Virus record (IMG/VR): IMGVR_UViG_3300027518_000008
Direction: 5' to 3' (one strand)
DNA: 64,000 bases
DNA from: a virus
Position 1 is the first letter of the stretch. Each line of letters opens with the position of its first letter. The notes below the pieces were generated by a model. The model had not been told where the DNA came from and ran no database searches. It worked only from the letters and a program-made list of their open reading frames with translations. Positions 9,773 to 18,016 of the stretch are shown here, one piece after another. The translations under genes were made by a program, and so were the position numbers.

Positions 9773-10000
9773 TTAGAATGGAATGTCGTCCTCTAAGGCT
9801 TGTTGCTTTGGCTCTGCCTTGGGCTTGGGTAGTTCAACCTTGAGACTCATAAACTTCTGCCCAGACTTGCCTGTTTTAATCCATGCGGCTAGGTTGTACT
9901 CAGTCCCGTCTACGTTTAACTTGCCCTTGTAGGCAGGAGCCTTCTCGTTGTCCGACTCGTTCTTAAACAACACACCGCTATTGGTATTATCGTATTCCAT
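9773..10000 (-). CDS. Small ssDNA-binding-like protein
   Basis: GVLFKN...PAYKGK...AAW, acidic DDIPF tail; analogue at 53957-54256. Confidence 0.6.
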   Translation of the reverse strand: MEYDNTNSGVLFKNESDNEKAPAYKGKLNVDGTEYNLAAWIKTGKSGQKFMSLKVELPKPKAEPKQQALEDDIPF

Positions 10001-10008
10001 AACTTCTC

Positions 10009-10152
10009 CTATTTGGCTGCTATATAAAGACCAACATTGCCAAGGCTATAACCCAAGAAGGCTACGCCCAGACCCACCTTACCCTCTAGTAGCAACTGCA
10101 CCGCTACCACAAGGTATACAACACCGATTCCGGCTATTAACCACGCCGCCAC
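10009..10152 (-). CDS. Small two-TM membrane protein (47 aa)
   Basis: GTG start, MAAWLIAGIG...FLGY; homolog at 50623-50769. Confidence 0.65.
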   Translation of the reverse strand: MAAWLIAGIGVVYLVVAVQLLLEGKVGLGVAFLGYSLGNVGLYIAAK

Positions 10153-10250
10153 TCTGTCCACCCCGCTAGAACAATCACCCCCAGCATAAACAACACAAAC
10201 CACGCCGCGTCCTGCGCGTAGAGGTGTGCAGATATAAGTCCGTCTTTCAT
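10137..10250 (-). CDS. Small membrane peptide (37 aa)
   Basis: Hand translation MKDGLISAHLYAQDAAWFVLFMLGVIVLAGWTEWRRG; homolog at 50525-50638. Confidence 0.65.
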   Translation of the reverse strand: MKDGLISAHLYAQDAAWFVLFMLGVIVLAGWTEWRRG

Positions 10251-10396
10251 TCTTCGTCCTCCGTGTTCATTAGTAATTGATACTTAATCACCTCTAAAAC
10301 CCCCACCACCGAGGCTAGAGGTAGTGCCTCGTCAAACTTCTCCACAGCCCCCACAATCTCTTGGTAGAGGGCTTCTATCATCACCTGCTGACTCAA
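10247..10396 (-). CDS. Hypothetical protein (49 aa)
   Basis: Hand translation MSQQVMIEALYQEIVG...; start and stop overlap neighbours. Confidence 0.5.
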   Translation of the reverse strand: MSQQVMIEALYQEIVGAVEKFDEALPLASVVGVLEVIKYQLLMNTEDEE

Positions 10397-10587
10397 CCCC
10401 GCATCTCCTGGGCCAAAGTCTTAAATCCCCAATCCTCTGCCATCCTCGCGCACCGCAACATCTCCTCCTCGCGCACAATATCCGCAAACCTCTGCAACTG
10501 GGTACGAGAGTCCTCGTGGAAGTTGAACAATATCTCGCCCTCCTTCAAGAACAATCCCGCTTCTACCGCTAGGTCGTCAATCGTCAC
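10393..10587 (-). CDS. Hypothetical protein
   Basis: ORF in tightly coupled operon. Confidence 0.55.
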   Translation of the reverse strand: MTIDDLAVEAGLFLKEGEILFNFHEDSRTQLQRFADIVREEEMLRCARMAEDWGFKTLAQEMRG

Positions 10588-11182
10588 ACTCAGCCTCCAC
10601 TTCCTTTAGAAATAACTGCACCTTTTCTAACATCTCGTCCATGTCCTTTTGCTCCGGCTCAAACCGCACGATAAAGAGCATCTTGCTCACCGGAAGCCTA
10701 GAGTCGAAGCTTACAAAGTCGCACCACTTCCTACCCGTACAGGCTAGTTGGAGCATCATCTGGTTTTTATACTTTGTGGGAACCTTGCCCGCCTTCCTGT
10801 ATTGCAGGTGCGTAGCCGTGTTCGGATTCTTAATCTCTACTAGACCATCCTCCCCAACAAGCCCGTCAGGAGAGGCTCCTAGCCATTGTATTGTCGGGTG
10901 GGGTACGAAGCCTACTTGGTCTACGAAAACGCCCGTGTGAGCCTCGTATGCGGCTCTGGCGATGGGTTCCTGCTCGGTTCCGCGAATCATAGCCGCGTTG
11001 GGCGCAAAACCCGCCTGTGGGGTCTTGGTAAGTCTTTCGGCTACGAGCTGCCAGAGGTAGTTCTTGCGGGTCTCTGTGTCCTTACCCGCTAAAGCGTCGC
11101 TAACCCTGCTGGCCGTTACAAACCCCAACCTCGCTAGTAGCCATTCCTCTGTGCCCTGGACTATTTCTTTGTAATCGGTCAT
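10577..11182 (-). CDS. YqaJ/lambda-exonuclease family recombination exonuclease
   Basis: QGTEEWL..R.G.VTAS, GASPDG, EIKNP, Y..QM..Q. Confidence 0.92.
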   Translation of the reverse strand: MTDYKEIVQGTEEWLLARLGFVTASRVSDALAGKDTETRKNYLWQLVAERLTKTPQAGFAPNAAMIRGTEQEPIARAAYEAHTGVFVDQVGFVPHPTIQWLGASPDGLVGEDGLVEIKNPNTATHLQYRKAGKVPTKYKNQMMLQLACTGRKWCDFVSFDSRLPVSKMLFIVRFEPEQKDMDEMLEKVQLFLKEVEAECDD

Positions 11183-11519
11183 TGAGCCTCCTTTTGGCTA
11201 TGTGTAGTTCTGCCTCTAACTTATCCGTACTCATCCGCAACCTTTGGGCTACATTGTGGCTCAAGTTATACGGGTACTGGATATATCTTGCCTTCAAAAC
11301 CCTGCGCGATATATCAGGTAATTCCCTAACCGCGTCCTCCACCATCTGCCCGTCAATCATGTCGGGTTCTATTCTCGGTTCTTCTCCTTCAAAGACATCC
11401 TCGGACTCGTAGTTGCCCTCTGCGCTCGCACATTGGGTACGGTGTTCTGGGCCAACATGACCCCAAGCACAATAAAACGCCCAGTTCCGAAGACGGTCTT
11501 CGCTAATCATATTGTGCAT
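11100..11519 (-). CDS. Antiterminator Q-like / late transcription regulator
   Basis: RLRNWA N-term, V..AV..LP...R.VL..RY and C-terminal HTH-like segment. Confidence 0.5.
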   Translation of the reverse strand: MHNMISEDRLRNWAFYCAWGHVGPEHRTQCASAEGNYESEDVFEGEEPRIEPDMIDGQMVEDAVRELPDISRRVLKARYIQYPYNLSHNVAQRLRMSTDKLEAELHIAKRRLNDRLQRNSPGHRGMATSEVGVCNGQQG

Positions 11520-11995
11520 CCAGCGTGGTATTTCCTTTTTGCAACTAGATACGCTTGATGAGCCAAGTCTGGAGTTTCAAAATAACCTAATTTTTTAACT
11601 TTCCCCAAAATCCTAATTTGAGAAATCCATTTGCTAGATTTTTTATGTTTGGTTACTCCCAAAAACCCAGATGTATTTCTAGCTGTCGGTTTTCTTAAGT
11701 TTTCTAAATTTTGTCTCCTAGAAACAGACCTTAAGTTACACAGTCTATTGTCAGTTTTTATTCCATTTATGTGGTCAATATCTTCTGTGGGCCATTCTCC
11801 ATAAACATAAAACCAAACAAGCCTGTGCGCTCGATATGTTTTACCCAAAACCCTTATGTCAATGTACCCGTGCTTGCTGTTTACAGTTCCGGCATGAAGA
11901 TTTCTTTGGCGAACCTTCCTAACAAACAACCCCGTTTCTGGGTTGTAATCCATGAGTTTTATAAGTTCTGTTTGGTCTAATTTTTTTTGAACCAT
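11507..11995 (-). CDS. HNH homing endonuclease with AP2-like domain
   Basis: AHRLVW...IDHINGIKTDNRLCNLR; SGFLGV...LGYF. Confidence 0.88.
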   Translation of the reverse strand: MVQKKLDQTELIKLMDYNPETGLFVRKVRQRNLHAGTVNSKHGYIDIRVLGKTYRAHRLVWFYVYGEWPTEDIDHINGIKTDNRLCNLRSVSRRQNLENLRKPTARNTSGFLGVTKHKKSSKWISQIRILGKVKKLGYFETPDLAHQAYLVAKRKYHAGCTI

Positions 11996-12657
11996 AAGTC
12001 GTATAACTCCGGTCTGTTGGCTTTAATCCAAGGTTGGGCAGATTGTATAAGTTCTTTGGCATTAAATCCACACGTTTGAGAACCGACGTGGTGGACGTAA
12101 GCCCTGCTGATGGCGTGCTGAAAGCCCTTCTTCTGAATGTCTAAGCATTGCACATCGTCCGAGTACCAATTCAAGGGTGGGAAGTCCACCCATGCGTCCT
12201 TGTGAATGTAACTACAAATCGGGGCTATAACATCGGTAATGTTAATAAGATTCTCGGTCTCGTACCTGAACCACTCCATTTTTCCCTGACCAAGCCGAAT
12301 GTTCTGCAAACCTCGGGCATAATCAGACCTAGCGGATACCCATCCGAGGGGGATTCTTTTGTCTCGCAAAAACGTAACGTCCTCGCCAAGCAGCTTCCAG
12401 GTGCTAGGGTTAAACACAATATCGTCGTTACAGACCACCACCTCGTCAAACTCCTCAAACGCCCGCTTGACCACGGCGTTGTAAGCGTCACCAAAGTTAT
12501 CCGCGTCGTTGGGTAGGTTTATCGTCCTGTGGCGGGGGAGAATAATCTCGCTACCCTCTAGGAACACGGTCACGTCTTGCGGGACGTAGAAGGTTATGGA
12601 GGCCGCTAGGACAGGTAGGCAAGCCCCCTTAGTTGTTGCTATCGCTATTGCTTTCAT
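11977..12657 (-). CDS. Glycosyltransferase, GT-A fold-like
   Basis: FGDAYN...VVVCNDDIVF, WYSDD, VHHVGSQT. Confidence 0.65.
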   Translation of the reverse strand: MKAIAIATTKGACLPVLAASITFYVPQDVTVFLEGSEIILPRHRTINLPNDADNFGDAYNAVVKRAFEEFDEVVVCNDDIVFNPSTWKLLGEDVTFLRDKRIPLGWVSARSDYARGLQNIRLGQGKMEWFRYETENLINITDVIAPICSYIHKDAWVDFPPLNWYSDDVQCLDIQKKGFQHAISRAYVHHVGSQTCGFNAKELIQSAQPWIKANRPELYDLWFKKN

Positions 12658-12953
12658 TTATTCCCTACCGGTAAAGTTTTGCCCAAAAGACGGTACACAT
12701 CCTCTAATAATTCCTGCTCGGTAAATCCGTAGTGCTTTGGGAAGCCTTTGGTTCCGAGTCCGTGGATTCCTTCATCTCCACGATGATGTCGAGGGCAGAG
12801 GGGGATGACGAAATAATTACTCGGTCTACCCCACCCTTGTCCACTCCGAATATGGTGTAACTCAGCAGGCGTGCCCTCATGGCCCAATCTGCGACAGACA
12901 GCGCATCCCAATTCTGCAACCGCAGACATATGCTTCTTTTCATCTTTGGTCAT
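12654..12953 (-). CDS. Ref-like (recombination enhancement) HNH-fold protein
   Basis: LGCAVC...ELHH...IPLCPRHHRG...GIH; start at ATG overlapping the methyltransferase stop. Confidence 0.7.
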   Translation of the reverse strand: MTKDEKKHMSAVAELGCAVCRRLGHEGTPAELHHIRSGQGWGRPSNYFVIPLCPRHHRGDEGIHGLGTKGFPKHYGFTEQELLEDVYRLLGKTLPVGNK

Positions 12954-14359
12954 ATCCTCTCTACCGCCTGAATTCTTTCCCCAATCCACCGCATCACGGG
13001 AACCGCCATGCTATTGCCCAATGCCTTGTACCTTGGCCCATCAGGGCAGTTCTCACGGATGTTGGTGTAGTTGTCAGGGAACCCTTGTAGACGTTCGCAC
13101 TCTACTGGTGTCAGGCGGCGAACTGCCATCTTTTGCATGACAGCCATAACACCATCTGCATTTCCACCAGTTCTAATAGTTGGAGACAAATTTTTTGTTG
13201 CATCCCTACCATTATCAATTCTTGAAAAAGCAATCGGTTGCGCCACTCCATGTATGTCTGCTTTGGTTAGCGTATACATAACACCATCATCTGATGCGCC
13301 AACTCCTTGCGGGCCACCAGAATCCCTTCCAATTAGGTTTCCTTGAATAGCAACAACCGCAGACCCGCAAGCATTTTCTTTGGCTAGGGTATGACAAGGG
13401 TCTCCTACTTTGCGACTTAACTGATGGTTTTCTTTAGAAGTCACTTGTTTTAAGTCGTATGGAATAACCTGAACTAGATTTCCCTCTCTCCCCTCTGCAT
13501 TGCAACTAAGAGTTGTAGCAACTTCTGATGGCTTTATCCGACTATCTTGGTTGTGCCACTCATAGGTTAATGAAGCAGGAACAAACATTGGAGCTCCCTC
13601 ATTTATGTGTTGGTTTTCTAAACCAAGTTTTGAGCCAAAGTTTGCATTTAATGTTGAGCAGATTTCTGCCGGCCAGGTTACAAAGGTTTCGCTTCCTCCG
13701 GCTAAGACTCCTCCGCTTGCTTTGAGGGTTCCTCCAATTTTGTCTGGGCGATATTGAGCAAGGCTACTTTCAGCGTATGCGGTAATTCCTTTTCCCTTTT
13801 CTCTGCTCGGCGCAGGATTCCCGCACAAGCTGTCGCGCTCAAAAAGTACCGCTGCGGCATTTCTCCAGTTTCCAAGACATCCGACAACAAACACACGTCT
13901 GCGTCGCTGGGCCACTCCGAAGTACTGAGCGTCAAGAACTCTGTAGGCGAACCCATACCCGAGTTCTGCCAACATTCCAAGGAAGGTTCCAAAGTCCCTT
14001 CCTCCGTTGCTCGACAAGACACCGGGGACATTCTCCCAAACCAACCACTTGGGCTTAAATCGTTTAGCAATTGCACCGTAGGTAAGCATGAGGTTGCCAC
14101 GCGGGTCATCCAATCCTTTTCGCAGACCTGCAACTGAGAATGATTGGCAAGGTGTTCCTCCGACCAAAAGTTCAACTGACTCAAGATTCCACTCCTCAAA
14201 TTTAGTCATATCCCCCACATTGGGAACAGATGGGTAATGATGTTTTAAAACTTGGCCAGGAAACTTTTCAATTTCCGAAAATGCCACAGGCTCCCAACCC
14301 ATGTGATGCCAAGCAACCGTTGCGGCTTCGATGCCAGAACAAACAGATAGGTATCTCAT
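12950..14359 (-). CDS. DNA (cytosine-5) methyltransferase
   Basis: LSVCSGIEAA (I), GGTPCQSFS (IV), ENVPG (VI), QRRRRVFVVG (VIII), RRLTPVECERLQGFP (IX), GNSMAV (X). Confidence 0.93.
   Translation of the reverse strand: MRYLSVCSGIEAATVAWHHMGWEPVAFSEIEKFPGQVLKHHYPSVPNVGDMTKFEEWNLESVELLVGGTPCQSFSVAGLRKGLDDPRGNLMLTYGAIAKRFKPKWLVWENVPGVLSSNGGRDFGTFLGMLAELGYGFAYRVLDAQYFGVAQRRRRVFVVGCLGNWRNAAAVLFERDSLCGNPAPSREKGKGITAYAESSLAQYRPDKIGGTLKASGGVLAGGSETFVTWPAEICSTLNANFGSKLGLENQHINEGAPMFVPASLTYEWHNQDSRIKPSEVATTLSCNAEGREGNLVQVIPYDLKQVTSKENHQLSRKVGDPCHTLAKENACGSAVVAIQGNLIGRDSGGPQGVGASDDGVMYTLTKADIHGVAQPIAFSRIDNGRDATKNLSPTIRTGGNADGVMAVMQKMAVRRLTPVECERLQGFPDNYTNIRENCPDGPRYKALGNSMAVPVMRWIGERIQAVERI
13702..14199 (-). 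CDS. Out-of-frame nested ORF, M.EcoHK31I beta-polypeptide-like
   Basis: WQNSGM...SEWPS...LSDVLET...YFLS..AC.GILRRA, recalled as the nested beta-subunit pattern; same strand, alternative frame; start uncertain. Confidence 0.65.
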   Translation of the reverse strand: MRSGILSQLNFWSEEHLANHSQLQVCEKDWMTRVATSCLPTVQLLNDLSPSGWFGRMSPVSCRATEEGTLEPSLECWQNSGMGSPTEFLTLSTSEWPSDADVCLLSDVLETGEMPQRYFLSATACAGILRRAEKREKELPHTLKVALLNIAQTKLEEPSKQAEES

Positions 14360-14463
14360 TGTTCGTTTTTGATTCGTAACCAAACCAAGACTTCTTCCCA
14401 GCTCAACGGGGTTTCCAAAAAGTCAGGTTCCCGTAGTCCAAACAACGAATAATCTATCTTCAT
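14356..14463 (-). CDS. Hypothetical protein (35 aa)
   Basis: Hand translation; overlaps ninB stop and methyltransferase start. Confidence 0.45.
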   Translation of the reverse strand: MKIDYSLFGLREPDFLETPLSWEEVLVWLRIKNEQ

Positions 14464-14831
14464 TTAAGCCCCCTCGTATTTTCACTAAATGTTACATCGT
14501 GTTCCAAAGCCCATTTCACCACCTTCTCTACATACTCCGAGAACAAGGCTTGGTTTAACTCGCTCGTACTCGGTTCTAGCATTTTTATGCTTCCGTCTGG
14601 CAACTCAATCATCCGTTCAGGTAGGAACAAGGCGCGTAGGTATTCGTGCCAGATACTAGGCTCGTAGGCTTTACCTGGCACAACCTGCTCGGATATATCA
14701 CCCAAGACCGCCCAGTAGTATCTGTTGCTATCCAAACTGCGTTTAGGAGGACGGACTTCTAGGATATGCCCATCAGGTGCGTTATCCACCATCTCACGGG
14801 CTAGGTTCCTGTTGTGTGGTGAGAGAATCAC
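14460..14831 (-). CDS. ninB: NinB family protein
   Basis: RSLDSNRYYWA...I, WHEYL..LF, STSEL...FSEY.E. Confidence 0.8.
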   Translation of the reverse strand: MILSPHNRNLAREMVDNAPDGHILEVRPPKRSLDSNRYYWAVLGDISEQVVPGKAYEPSIWHEYLRALFLPERMIELPDGSIKMLEPSTSELNQALFSEYVEKVVKWALEHDVTFSENTRGLK

Positions 14832-15217
14832 GCAGACTTGAGCGCGGCTCTCATTACCGCAACCTTAAAGTGTTGCCACGACTCGAACTGGCTAGGGTCT
14901 AATCCTAGTTCCTTGCCCTTGACTTCTATGCCTGTGGCGGTTTCGTGCCAAGGCTTTTCGTTAACTACGTTTGGCAACTTCACTTCCAGCTCATCTTCCC
15001 AACGCTCTCCGCGAAGCCAGGTGGCTGGATACGGGATAAAAGCCCCGCCAGACTTCATCCAACTCTCGGTCTTGCAGTTAGCGGTTATGGCAGTTAACAA
15101 ATTTGTTAATTCAGGCCGTATATCTTTTGTCTGCGCCCACGCTTTTCTAGCGTCTGCCTTGGCTACTTTCTTAGGGTAAGCAGCCCAAAACTTATCGAAG
15201 TCATCCATGTTTACCAC
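14828..15217 (-). CDS. Replication-initiator C-terminal-like protein
   Basis: FDKFWAAYPKKVAKADARKAW...PYPATWLRGERWEDE. Confidence 0.6.
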   Translation of the reverse strand: MVNMDDFDKFWAAYPKKVAKADARKAWAQTKDIRPELTNLLTAITANCKTESWMKSGGAFIPYPATWLRGERWEDELEVKLPNVVNEKPWHETATGIEVKGKELGLDPSQFESWQHFKVAVMRAALKSA

Positions 15218-15253
15218 CTCCTCGTGGCGTATTGTAATCGGTTATGTAACATT

Positions 15254-15628
15254 CTATCCTAGGTACTTACCCCTATAAATATCTACCGCCTCGCGCAGAG
15301 TAATTTCTGGGATTTCTGTTAGCCAACTGCAATTCTCGCGGACTTGTGTAACCGTGGTCAACCCCATGTCTATATCCCCAGACGACTCATGCGAGGTCAG
15401 GAGAATCAAGCAATGTTTATGCGGGGGGTCGTTTATTGCATCGCAGACCCGTTCTAGGGCTAGAAGCTGTCCGCGAGGGATGGGCGAGTTTTTGTACTTA
15501 GTCTCGACAATGATAAACAGGCGGTTAGAGAACTCTAGCAGGGCATCTACATCTGTCGGGGATATTGCACCCCACCTTAACCCTGAGAAGTTCTTTAGCT
15601 GACTACCGTACTCTCTATTCCTATACAT
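15254..15628 (-). CDS. Possible PD-(D/E)XK-fold protein
   Basis: TDVD...IIVETK. Confidence 0.45.
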   Translation of the reverse strand: MYRNREYGSQLKNFSGLRWGAISPTDVDALLEFSNRLFIIVETKYKNSPIPRGQLLALERVCDAINDPPHKHCLILLTSHESSGDIDMGLTTVTQVRENCSWLTEIPEITLREAVDIYRGKYLG

Positions 15629-15850
15629 AATCCTCCCTTACTATGTATATATCTGCACTTTTGGTGGACGGACTTAGCCTTAGCCTATCCGTCCTTTACC
15701 TGCACTTTCGGAGCCACAGGACTCGTTAGCCTTTTCGCGTTCTGGTGCTAACTTCGCCGCCAGGTTAGGGTATTCCAACGCTGCCCACAGTACCCCTATC
15801 GCCATCTAGCCCTGCCGTCTTTCGCCGACGACTAGGTAGCGGTCAGCGCC

Positions 15851-16010
15851 AAAGAAAAACCCCAAGAACTTAGCGGGTGTGACCCTGGCATGGGCAACTT
15901 CGGAATCAGGCGAGATAACCCAATTTTTGAAATTACGCACACCCGCTAAATACTCGGGGTTTGCATCTCATTCCGGTGTTGCCGCACCGACACCGCTAAG
16001 ATACCACAGA
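15851..16010 (-). promoter_or_regulatory. Promoter plus structured leader/attenuator
   Basis: Extended -10 TGGTATCTT; small hairpin 15974-15995; long hairpin 15859-15960 followed by a T-rich tract on the minus strand. Confidence 0.6.
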
Positions 16011-16011
16011 T

Positions 16012-16320
16012 TTAGTTAAGTTCAACCAATTTTATTGTCCAACCCGCTTTTAATTTCCCCCACCCGTGGACATGGACTTTCCACCCAGACCGAACCAACT
16101 CTGGGAAGTACTCGTTTTCCGCGATTTTCTTGACCCTAGCCGAGACATTGCCCCTGCTGGTGGTCTGCACTCCTATGGTCTCCCCGTTGCCCACCGCCAA
16201 GATGTCTATACAGTTCCACAGGTCTATCCGCTTGCGGGAGTAGGGACACCACCTCTCCACAATCCAGCACCGGTAACCTTGGTCGCGTAGGTACTTGAGG
16301 CTTCTTTGGGTAGGGGACAT
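16012..16320 (-). CDS. PD-(D/E)XK nuclease-like protein
   Basis: DLWNCIDILAV...GVQTTS. Confidence 0.55.
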   Translation of the reverse strand: MSPTQRSLKYLRDQGYRCWIVERWCPYSRKRIDLWNCIDILAVGNGETIGVQTTSRGNVSARVKKIAENEYFPELVRSGWKVHVHGWGKLKAGWTIKLVELN

Positions 16321-16441
16321 TCTTACATTCTACTGTATAACCATACATTAGGGTTAGTCCCTAGTATATTTCTTACACAACCCCTAAAAGTGGTGTAAGA
16401 TTCTGTTCATGGCATCCCGCCATATACGCCGAGGAGGGCAT
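16321..16441. promoter_or_regulatory. Divergent control region of phage B
   Basis: Gene polarity switches here; inverted repeat TCTTACAC-N14-GTGTAAGA; extra TCTTACA at 16321. Confidence 0.6.
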
Positions 16442-16555
16442 ATGAAATACGACGAAGATTGGTACTACACACCCCCAGAGTTCGAGTCCGAGGAGGACGA
16501 GGAAGAGGATTCTTACTGGGAAGAACGGGCATGGGAGGCAAGCCAATATGACTGA
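16442..16555 (+). CDS. Highly acidic 37-aa peptide
   Basis: GAGGAGGG RBS; hand translation MKYDEDWYYTPPEFESEEDEEEDSYWEERAWEASQYD. Confidence 0.7.
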   Translation: MKYDEDWYYTPPEFESEEDEEEDSYWEERAWEASQYD

Positions 16556-16769
16556 TGCAGAACACCACCAGCAAGAGTTGGAGCAACAGGAGCAAGAGGA
16601 CTCAATCTGGGAACGCGCAAGACTGATGGCTAAGAACCACGGCAAGATGATTGGGTGCGCTCAGACCATACGGGACTCTAGCGGTGACGAGGACTATGTA
16701 AGAATTGCAGTAAAATACTTACTAGAAGCTTTGAAGGAACACGAAGATATTATGAGGAGATACGGATGA
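16548..16769 (+). CDS. Hypothetical protein
   Basis: Coupled ORF. Confidence 0.6.
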   Translation: MTDAEHHQQELEQQEQEDSIWERARLMAKNHGKMIGCAQTIRDSSGDEDYVRIAVKYLLEALKEHEDIMRRYG

Positions 16770-17317
16770 ACTCAGTAGATTTACTAAAGATTAACGTCAA
16801 CGACCACACGGAGAAGAAGGGCAACCTTACATACCTGTCGTGGGCATGGGCTTGGCAAGAGGCAATCAAGGCAGACCCGCAAGCAGAGTGGACTGTCAAG
16901 ATGTTCGGCGAAACGTACGATAAACCGTACGTTAGCATCGGGGACACCAAGATGGTGTTCGTAGACGTAACCATGTTCGGCAAGACCCTGACCTGCCAAC
17001 TGCCCGTCCTTGACCACAAGAACAAGGCTATCCCTAACCCAGACGCTTTTCAGGTCAACACGGCAATCATGCGTTGCCTGGCAAAGGGGATTGCAATGCA
17101 TGGCCTAGGCTTATACATCTACGCAGGTGAGGACTTACCGGAAGATGGCTCAAAACCTGAGCCAGCAGAATTCGTCAAACTAATCGAGGAGAGTAAAAAT
17201 GTCGCAGATTTACAATCAAATTGGAAAGCAGCGTACAGCGCGTCTCAATCAGATGCGGGGTTTATCGCAGCTATCACGGTTGCCAAGGACAGAAGAAAAG
17301 CAGAACTGGCTGCTTGA
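16766..17317 (+). CDS. sak: Sak-type (Rad52-like, DUF1071) ssDNA annealing protein
   Basis: LTYLSWAWAW, LPVLD..NKAI, RCLAK.IA.HGLGLYIYAGEDLP. Confidence 0.85.
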   Translation: MNSVDLLKINVNDHTEKKGNLTYLSWAWAWQEAIKADPQAEWTVKMFGETYDKPYVSIGDTKMVFVDVTMFGKTLTCQLPVLDHKNKAIPNPDAFQVNTAIMRCLAKGIAMHGLGLYIYAGEDLPEDGSKPEPAEFVKLIEESKNVADLQSNWKAAYSASQSDAGFIAAITVAKDRRKAELAA

Positions 17318-17371
17318 CACCCTAGCCTTTGTAGCGTGTTGCGTTACAGGCTACACGGTACTGGTGATGCT

Positions 17372-17575
17372 ATGAACCAAGAGCAAATCAACAGCCTTTC
17401 TGACAAGCGGCGGGTCTTAGACTTGTCGCCCCAAAGACCGTGGCAGGAGTTAGACATCCTAGAACTCAAGTCGATTGCGGAGTCTTGCAATCTCTGGGGT
17501 TCGGATGTTTACAGCGACGTAGAGGAACTAGCGGCTGAGATTAACAAACGACTGAAAAGGAAGAACCATGTATGA
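17372..17575 (+). CDS. Hypothetical protein
   Basis: ORF, start moved to ATG. Confidence 0.5.
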   Translation: MNQEQINSLSDKRRVLDLSPQRPWQELDILELKSIAESCNLWGSDVYSDVEELAAEINKRLKRKNHV

Positions 17576-17735
17576 GAGTGAACACGCGGTTAAGATTATT
17601 AGTCTGGGCAATCGCCTCCAGCATGAGATGGCTAACTCGTATGCTCCCGACAGAGACACCATCACGACGCTATGTCAGGAAATTGAGAACTCAGCACACG
17701 AAATCTACAAGTGGGCGCGAGGGATAGATGAGTAG
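17568..17735 (+). CDS. Hypothetical protein (55 aa)
   Basis: Hand translation MYESEHAVKIISLG...; overlaps both neighbours. Confidence 0.55.
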   Translation: MYESEHAVKIISLGNRLQHEMANSYAPDRDTITTLCQEIENSAHEIYKWARGIDE

Positions 17736-17806
17736 GTTTACCTACATTCCCGCAGACAAAACAGACTTAAGAGAGTCCATGAAAAGATATAGAAAGATGG
17801 TAGAAG

Positions 17807-18016
17807 ATGAAAATCGAAGATTACATTCTGGCGAGCGTGAAGCCAGTTCACCCAACCCACCTGGCAGAGAGATTTTCGGTCAGCAAAAGCAAGGCTTACA
17901 ACGCTTGCGTGTCGTTACTACTGGAGGGCAAAGTTGAAGAAGTCAGAGTCGGTGCGCGAACCTTTTATAGGGTTCGTAGAGATGAACCTAAAGATGGACA
18001 ACGTGCTGAAGACTAA
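17807..18016 (+). CDS. Small winged-HTH-like protein
   Basis: LAERFSVSKSKAY...L...GKVEEVRVG..TFY. Confidence 0.5.
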   Translation: MKIEDYILASVKPVHPTHLAERFSVSKSKAYNACVSLLLEGKVEEVRVGARTFYRVRRDEPKDGQRAED

